From NCBI GenBank assembly GCA_036517395.1, contig DATDWN010000016.1:11262-75261 (forward strand): 64,000 nt of DNA. Direction: 5' to 3'. Below are positions 58,063 through 64,000 of this stretch, in pieces. Source of the DNA: Minisyncoccota bacterium. GTDB taxonomy: Bacteria > Patescibacteriota > Minisyncoccia > Phycocordibacterales > DATDWN01. The stretch's first letter is position 1. Each line of letters begins with the position of its first letter. A model generated the notes under the pieces. It searched no databases, had not been told where the DNA came from, and was given only the letters and a program-made list of their open reading frames with translations. A program made the translations under genes and the position numbers.

Positions 58063-58236
58063 TTATCGTCGCCGAAGCCGAATCGTGTCACAGATCTCGT
58101 CGATGATGCAACCAAGCATGGTCAGCCCTGCTCCCAAAGCGAGAGTATGACGAATCGTCATCATGTCCGCTGTGAGCAACACTATCGCCATCTCGAGAAG
58201 TGCAAACCACAGGTTGTTTCGTTGCCTCTCAGTCAT
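58063..58236 (-). CDS. Possible small hydrophobic orphan protein
   Basis: MTERQRNNLWFALLEMAIV...; GC-richer than neighbours; hairpin at 58021-58044 downstream. Confidence 0.35.
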   Translation of the reverse strand: MTERQRNNLWFALLEMAIVLLTADMMTIRHTLALGAGLTMLGCIIDEICDTIRLRRR

Positions 58237-58270
58237 GAGCCCTCCTACTTCGTATAATATCATATTTATA

Positions 58271-59668
58271 ATGAATAATCGAAATATTAAAAAAGTAATA
58301 TCTAAATTCCCGGATTCTCCTGGGGTGTATATTTTCCTTGGCTCGCCGAAACGTAGTGGAGGCGGCAAGTCCAAAAGTGAAATTCTTTACATAGGCAAAG
58401 CCACATCCCTCCGTGACCGAGTTAGAACTTACATGTCAAGGACAGTCCTTGACACTCGAAGTCCACTCATAGCTAAGATGCTGGAGGAGTTTGAAGATAT
58501 CGAATACATAAAAACAGATTCTGTTTTGGAAGCACTTGTTTTGGAAGCCAATCTCATAAAAAAACACCAGCCGGAAGCAAATATAAAAGAAAAAGATAAT
58601 AAAAGTTTTAACTTTGTTGTGATTACCAAAGAAGATTTTCCTCGTGTTTTAGTTATCCGCGGTCGTGAACTGCTGCAATCGCGCATTATGTCAAGGACGC
58701 CCCTTGCCAAAAATTCAAAAATGGCAAAGGGCGTCTTTGACATTAAAAATCAGTTCGGTCCATTTCCAAACGGCGGACAGCTGAAGGAAGCACTGAAAAT
58801 AATTCGCAAGATGTTTCCGTATCGGGATAAGTGTAATTCTGCGGAAGTCCGACTTCCGCAGAAAACGTATTCAGGGAAGCGACCGAGCGGGAACGATGGG
58901 AGTACTGAGGCCAACAGGCCGAATGTAGCCTGTTTTAATCGTCAGATAGGTTTGTGTCCAGGAGTTTGTACAGGAGAAATTACAAAAGAGGATTATCAGA
59001 AACAAATCCAAAATATTATTTTGTTTTTTCGGGGTAATAAAAAGCGATTGCTGAAAAACCTTGAGAAACAAATGCGAGGTTTCGCAAAAAATCGAGAGTT
59101 TGAGAAAGCCGGCGAAGCTAAAAAAACAATTTTTCTTCTAAAACATATTCAGGATATATCGCTTATAAAAGAAGATTGCAAAGGTTCGACCTTAAAGAAT
59201 GGTGCCCAAGGTCGAACCTTGGATTCAGAGACATTCCGAATCGAATCTTATGATGTCGCACACATGTCTGGACAAAATGTTGTTGGGGTTATGATTGTTG
59301 TCGAGGATGGTGAAGTGAAGAAGTCTGATTATAGGAAGTTCAAAATAAAAAACAATCCAAGTGTAAACGATACTAAAGCCTTGACAGAAGTACTGTCGAG
59401 AAGGTTGGCACATATAGAATGGCGATTTCCTGATTTGATTGTTGTCGATGGAGGGACGGCGCAAAAGAGAGTGATGGAAAAGATTTTGCGGGAGAATAAA
59501 GTGAATATTCCCGTTGTTTCTGTTGTCAAAGATGAGAGACATAAACCGAAGAATATACTAGGTGACAGACAGTGGTTAAAATATGAGAGAGAAATAATTC
59601 TAGCAAACAGCGAATCACATAGATTTGCTATTGGATATCATAGAAAGCTCAGAGGGAAGTTTGGATAA
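58271..59668 (+). CDS. uvrC: Excinuclease ABC subunit C (no C-terminal HhH) with multiple palindromic insertions
   Basis: GIY-YIG (PGVY...YIGKA), UVR domain, RIESYD, DGG..Q, E.HRFAI.YHR. Confidence 0.93.
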   Translation: MNNRNIKKVISKFPDSPGVYIFLGSPKRSGGGKSKSEILYIGKATSLRDRVRTYMSRTVLDTRSPLIAKMLEEFEDIEYIKTDSVLEALVLEANLIKKHQPEANIKEKDNKSFNFVVITKEDFPRVLVIRGRELLQSRIMSRTPLAKNSKMAKGVFDIKNQFGPFPNGGQLKEALKIIRKMFPYRDKCNSAEVRLPQKTYSGKRPSGNDGSTEANRPNVACFNRQIGLCPGVCTGEITKEDYQKQIQNIILFFRGNKKRLLKNLEKQMRGFAKNREFEKAGEAKKTIFLLKHIQDISLIKEDCKGSTLKNGAQGRTLDSETFRIESYDVAHMSGQNVVGVMIVVEDGEVKKSDYRKFKIKNNPSVNDTKALTEVLSRRLAHIEWRFPDLIVVDGGTAQKRVMEKILRENKVNIPVVSVVKDERHKPKNILGDRQWLKYEREIILANSESHRFAIGYHRKLRGKFG

Positions 59669-59792
59669 TTTCAAATTTCAAAATCCAAATTTCCAATCAG
59701 TATCAAAGAATCAAATGTCAAAGTTTTGGATTTCGATATTTGGATTTGGTTTGACATTGGAAGTTTAGGTTTTGATATTATACAATATATCT

Positions 59793-60770
59793 ATGCCAAC
59801 TCTTTCTCCATCACTTCACATAGGCGTACTTCGTGGGGGACCGTCGTCGGAGTATGATGTCTCACTAAAAAGTGGTGCTAATGTCCTACGGCATCTTTCG
59901 GAAACTCACAGGCCGCTGGATATTTTTATTTCTCGTGATGGCAAATGGCATATAGCGGGTGTGGAGAGATCACCGGAAAGAATTTTGCAAAATGTCGATG
60001 TTGTTTTCAATGCTTTGCACGGTGCCTATGGTGAGGATGGTGGAGTACAGGAAGTTCTCGGCTACCTCGGCGTTCCGTATACCGGCTCCGGGCGGTATGA
60101 GTCCGCTATCGCCATGAATAAATGGATGACAAAGGAAAGGGCGACGGCGGCCGGAATAAAAACACCAGTTTTTGCCATTGTGAGAGAGACTGACAATTTG
60201 GCGCAAAAAGCCAAAGAGATTTTCAACTCCATACCGCATCCGCTCATAGTTAAACCAGCATGTGGAGGCTCGTCCCTAGGGCTTTATAAAGTGTCCTCCT
60301 ATAGCGAACTCTTGTCCGCTCTGGAAAGTGTCTTGTCTGAGCATGGTTCGGCGATCGTGGAGGAGTGTATTATTGGTAAAGAAGCTACATGTGGTGTTAT
60401 AAATAATTTTCGTGAGCGAGATGTGTATGCACTACCTCCTATCGAGATTATTCCGCCAAAAGGCAAACTGTTTGACTATGATTCAAAATATAATGGAGAG
60501 AGTAGGGAAATCTGCCCTGGGAATTTTAGTCAATTGGAGAAAAAAGAAATAGAAAGATTATCGGCTCTCATTCACCAAACTCTGGGCTTATCGCATTATT
60601 CTCGATCAGATTTTATTGTTTCACCACGTCGTGGGATTTATTTTCTGGAGGTCAATACTCTTCCCAGATTAACTCCAGAGTCTCTTCTACCAAAGTCTCT
60701 CAAAGCTATTGGTTCTAGTGTTCAGGAGTTTTTGCATCATGTTATCGGCCTTGCATTAAATAAAAAATAG
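59793..60770 (+). CDS. ddl: D-alanine--D-alanine ligase
   Basis: GG.S.EY.VSL.SG, LHG.YGEDG, GSSLG, DYDSKY, EVNTLP. Confidence 0.94.
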   Translation: MPTLSPSLHIGVLRGGPSSEYDVSLKSGANVLRHLSETHRPLDIFISRDGKWHIAGVERSPERILQNVDVVFNALHGAYGEDGGVQEVLGYLGVPYTGSGRYESAIAMNKWMTKERATAAGIKTPVFAIVRETDNLAQKAKEIFNSIPHPLIVKPACGGSSLGLYKVSSYSELLSALESVLSEHGSAIVEECIIGKEATCGVINNFRERDVYALPPIEIIPPKGKLFDYDSKYNGESREICPGNFSQLEKKEIERLSALIHQTLGLSHYSRSDFIVSPRRGIYFLEVNTLPRLTPESLLPKSLKAIGSSVQEFLHHVIGLALNKK

Positions 60771-60780
60771 AAGGATAGGT

Positions 60781-60890
60781 TACCCCAGTAGTAGAGCGTA
60801 GCTCACTACAGGGTAAACCCCGTAGTGAAAATGACATAAAATTTTATGCAAAGTTATTACTTTGCCATGTCATTTTCTACTACGGGGTTA
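60781..60890. repeat. CCCGTAGT-family composite repeat
   Basis: Same organisation as 46493-46641. Confidence 0.75.
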
Positions 60891-60912
60891 TCCACAGCGC
60901 ACTTGACTTGTG

Positions 60913-60929
60913 ATACCCCGTAGGGGTAT
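60913..60929 (+). promoter_or_regulatory. CsoR-type operator within the promoter spacer
   Basis: ATACCCC-GTA-GGGGTAT palindrome between TTGACT and TATAGT. Confidence 0.8.
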
Positions 60930-60938
60930 AGTGAGTTT

Positions 60939-61202
60939 ATGAATACAAACAAGCAAAAACTTATTCGTCGGTTGAAGATAGTGGAAGGTCAGGTTCGTGG
61001 ATTGCAGGACATGCTTTCCAAAGACGCATACTGTATTGATGTTATTACTCAAACATCCGCTGTAAAACAGGCGCTCTCTGGTATTGAAGACGCTATAATG
61101 GAAAGTCACTTGAGTACATGTGTTGTGCCTCAAATAAAAAAAGGCAAAGGCGAGGCATCAGTCAAGGAAATATTAAAAGTTTATCGGCTAAAACGAAAAT
61201 AG
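60939..61202 (+). CDS. csoR: CsoR/RcnR-family metal-sensing repressor
   Basis: RL..VEGQVRG, YC.D, H...C. Confidence 0.9.
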   Translation: MNTNKQKLIRRLKIVEGQVRGLQDMLSKDAYCIDVITQTSAVKQALSGIEDAIMESHLSTCVVPQIKKGKGEASVKEILKVYRLKRK

Positions 61203-61203
61203 T

Positions 61204-63489
61204 ATGGCATTCACTTCAGTATATAAAATAAATGGCATGCACTGCGCTTCGTGCGCTGGTATCATAGAAAAGATTTTTAGAAAAACAGATGGTGTCGTGT
61301 CAGTAGATGTGAATTATGGAACTGAGAGCGCCAGACTGTCATTTGATAACACAAAAACTAATCCGGCAGAACTTTCAAGGCAAATCGAAAAACTTGGCTA
61401 CTCCTTGGTTTTGCCCAACAAAGAATCAAAACGGGAAAAATTATCTGAATTGAAATCTATGCGAAACAAGGTTTTTTCCGCTATGCCTCTGGCTGTTATA
61501 AGCGTTGTTATCATGGGTTGGGATATTTTTTCTAGGTTTGGTCTTGTTCCAGAGATGTCATATTTTTGGCAAAACATTTTTCAATATCTGCTTCCACTGA
61601 TGGCCATCGCTACATTTGTTATCCTCGGTAAACCATATTTGCTCGGAGTATATCGTTTTCTACGTTATGGCAGGGCGAACATGGACACGCTCATAGGCAT
61701 AGGCACATCCGTCGCTTTTCTCTACAGTTCTGTCGTCACGGTTTTTGGAGAAAGTCTAAAAGCATTTATAAATACTCAAAGCACATATTTTGATGTTACC
61801 ATTATCGTTATTACTTTCATTGCTCTTGGAAAGTATCTTGAGGCACGGTCAAAATTGAAAACAGGAGATGCTATAGAAAAACTTTTGAACCTTCAAGCCA
61901 AAACAGCGCTAGTGGTCCGTGATGGCAAAGAAATTGAAATCTCAGTTGACCAAGTGGTGCATGGTGATTTGATTGTGGTAAAACCTGGGAGCGCTATTCC
62001 TGTTGATGGTATTTTGACCAAAGGGTCTTCGTATATAGATGAATCAATGATTACAGGTGAGCCGATGCCAGTGGCTAAAAAAGTTGGTGATGCTGTGGTT
62101 TCTGGCACGATAAATACGACGGGTTCATTTATTTTTGAAGCTACAAAAATCGGTTCGGAAACTATACTGTCTCGAATTATAAAAATGGTAGAAGAGGCGC
62201 AAGGGAGCAAGGCGCCTATCCAAGCACTGGCTGATAAAATCTCTAGTATTTTTGTGCCGGTGGTTTTAGTTTTGTCTTTTGTGGCTCTGGGATTGTGGCT
62301 TGTTATTGGCACGCAGTATCTCGGTTTTTCTCAAGCACTCTCTTTCGGTCTGGTTTCTTTTGTCGGTATTCTCGTCATCGCCTGTCCATGCGCATTGGGA
62401 CTTGCAACTCCCACGGCTATTATTGTCGGTGTTGGTAAGGGAGCAAGAGAAGGTATACTAATAAAAGATGCGGGGACTCTAGAAAAACTTGGCAAAGTAA
62501 ATGTGGTTGTGGTGGACAAGACGGGAACGCTAACACGAGGAAAACCCGAACTTGTCTCTATTAAAAATTTTTCTAACAAAAAAGACGCAGAATTAATTTC
62601 AATCCTTGCTTCACTTGAAAATAAATCAGAACACCCCATCGCTCACGCAGTTGTCTCTTATGCAATTGAAAATAAAATCGGTTTAACTGCTCTGGATACT
62701 TTTGAGGCGATTAAAGGCAAGGGTGTCAAAGGGGTTGTTGAAAATACGGAATATTATGCGGGCAACACTAAACTTGTAAAAGATCTCAGACTTCATTTTG
62801 ATAGCACGGGGAATGAGAAAGAAACGCTAGAAGGGAAAACTCCTGTTATTTTGACAACAAAAGAAAAAGTTCTCGGGGTTTTTATGATAGCAGATAGCAT
62901 TAAACCGGAGGCTGTAGAAGCGGTAAAAAATCTGCATAAACTGGGCATAAAAGTTGTCATGCTTACTGGGGATGATAGAAATACTGCCACATTTATTGCA
63001 AGGCAGGTTGATATAGACGAAGTTGTTGCGGAGGTCATGCCAGAGGACAAACTTAGGATAATAAAGGAATTACAGGAAGGAAGATTTGAAAATTGGAAAT
63101 TGGAAATTGGAAATTCCAACCGAAGGTTGGTGGTGGCCATGGCTGGGGATGGAGTGAACGATGCACCAGCTCTGGCACAGGCCGATGTCGGTATTGCTAT
63201 GGCTACGGGGACAGATGTGGCTATTGAGAGCGCCGGCATTACTCTGCTTCATGGTGATATTTCTAAACTAGTCAAGGCTATAAATCTGTCAAAAATAACA
63301 ATGCGAGGCATAAGACAAAATCTGTTCTGGGCTTTCTTTTACAATATTATTGGTATCCCACTTGCTGGTGGCTTGTTTTATCCAATTTTTGGCTGGATGC
63401 TCTCACCCGTGTTTGCTGGGTTTGCCATGGCCATGTCTAGCGTCTCGGTGGTTAGCAATTCATTAAGGTTAAAAACTAAAAAATTATAA
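61204..63489 (+). CDS. copA: Cu(I)-translocating P1B-type ATPase
   Basis: [34 protein letters not shown]. Confidence 0.95.
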   Translation: MAFTSVYKINGMHCASCAGIIEKIFRKTDGVVSVDVNYGTESARLSFDNTKTNPAELSRQIEKLGYSLVLPNKESKREKLSELKSMRNKVFSAMPLAVISVVIMGWDIFSRFGLVPEMSYFWQNIFQYLLPLMAIATFVILGKPYLLGVYRFLRYGRANMDTLIGIGTSVAFLYSSVVTVFGESLKAFINTQSTYFDVTIIVITFIALGKYLEARSKLKTGDAIEKLLNLQAKTALVVRDGKEIEISVDQVVHGDLIVVKPGSAIPVDGILTKGSSYIDESMITGEPMPVAKKVGDAVVSGTINTTGSFIFEATKIGSETILSRIIKMVEEAQGSKAPIQALADKISSIFVPVVLVLSFVALGLWLVIGTQYLGFSQALSFGLVSFVGILVIACPCALGLATPTAIIVGVGKGAREGILIKDAGTLEKLGKVNVVVVDKTGTLTRGKPELVSIKNFSNKKDAELISILASLENKSEHPIAHAVVSYAIENKIGLTALDTFEAIKGKGVKGVVENTEYYAGNTKLVKDLRLHFDSTGNEKETLEGKTPVILTTKEKVLGVFMIADSIKPEAVEAVKNLHKLGIKVVMLTGDDRNTATFIARQVDIDEVVAEVMPEDKLRIIKELQEGRFENWKLEIGNSNRRLVVAMAGDGVNDAPALAQADVGIAMATGTDVAIESAGITLLHGDISKLVKAINLSKITMRGIRQNLFWAFFYNIIGIPLAGGLFYPIFGWMLSPVFAGFAMAMSSVSVVSNSLRLKTKKL

Positions 63490-63493
63490 AACT

Positions 63494-64000
63494 ATGAAAA
63501 CATATACATTTCATGTCCAAGGTATGCATTGTCACGCTTGTATTTTATTGACGGAAAGTGAACTCGAGGAAGTATCCTATGTCACAAAGGCAAAATCTAG
63601 TTTGAGTAATCACACTGTCGAGATTCTGGGTGAGTTTGGTGACAAATCACAAGATATGATTGCAGAGGAACTGTCGCAAGTCCTTATTAAGCATGGATAT
63701 TCTCTGTCGGTTGAGCGGGAGGAGAAAATAAAAAATTGGTCTGATTTTAAAATCGCTATACCTATAGCACTAGGCTTTGCGGTTTTGTTTGTAGTTTTGC
63801 AGAAAATCGGTTTAGTTAATCTGGTTGGCACAAACAGCGTCTCGTACGGCACAGCATTTGTTATTGGTATCATCGCATCGCTTTCTACATGTATGGCTGT
63901 GGTGGGAGGACTTTTGCTTTCTATGTCGGCAACATTTGCCAGAGAAGGGGATAAAGTTAAACCACAAATTCTTTTTCATGTTGGTCGTATCATTTCTTTC
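63494..64000 (+). CDS. HMA-domain + DsbD_2/TauE-like membrane protein (truncated by the window end)
   Basis: MKTYTFHVQGMHCHAC...; STCMAVVGG, FHVGR. Confidence 0.8.
   Translation, partial: MKTYTFHVQGMHCHACILLTESELEEVSYVTKAKSSLSNHTVEILGEFGDKSQDMIAEELSQVLIKHGYSLSVEREEKIKNWSDFKIAIPIALGFAVLFVVLQKIGLVNLVGTNSVSYGTAFVIGIIASLSTCMAVVGGLLLSMSATFAREGDKVKPQILFHVGRIISF

Overview
This is a low-GC bacterial chromosome segment, very likely Patescibacteria/CPR (Parcubacteria-like). That is an inference from gene content, the short Rel protein, the PaaX/Cas2-like gene and the CPR-type pilin helix. Positions ~783-12526 hold an ~11.7 kb integrated element at the 3' end of tRNA-Trp. Its large serine recombinase gene is split by the attachment site: the apparent native C-terminus sits at the far end of the element. 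The element also carries an AAA/RepA-like ATPase, a divergent operon of zinc-ribbon membrane proteins with variable effector domains (one ends in a type IV pilin-like helix), pseudoknotted leader RNAs, and a tRNA-like RNA with two anticodon arms. The rest is mostly housekeeping: miaA, murA, parB, rel, topA, dprA, serS, ftsQ-like, dusB, dnaX, pyrD, an ECF sigma/ApbE-flavinylation/msrAB cluster, a DEAD-box helicase, xseAB, tgt, uvrBAC, ddl, csoR-copA, and tRNA-Leu and tRNA-Gln. This backbone is densely populated by several families of short palindromic or MITE-like repeats. Many sit in-frame inside conserved proteins (for example the same MSRTVLDT peptide in TopA, DusB and UvrC) or supply start/stop codons. 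A solitary PaaX/Cas2-like gene is bracketed by inverted hairpin repeats, and there are two unassigned GC-rich multi-stem ncRNA candidates. All calls are from reading the sequence; no database searches were run.
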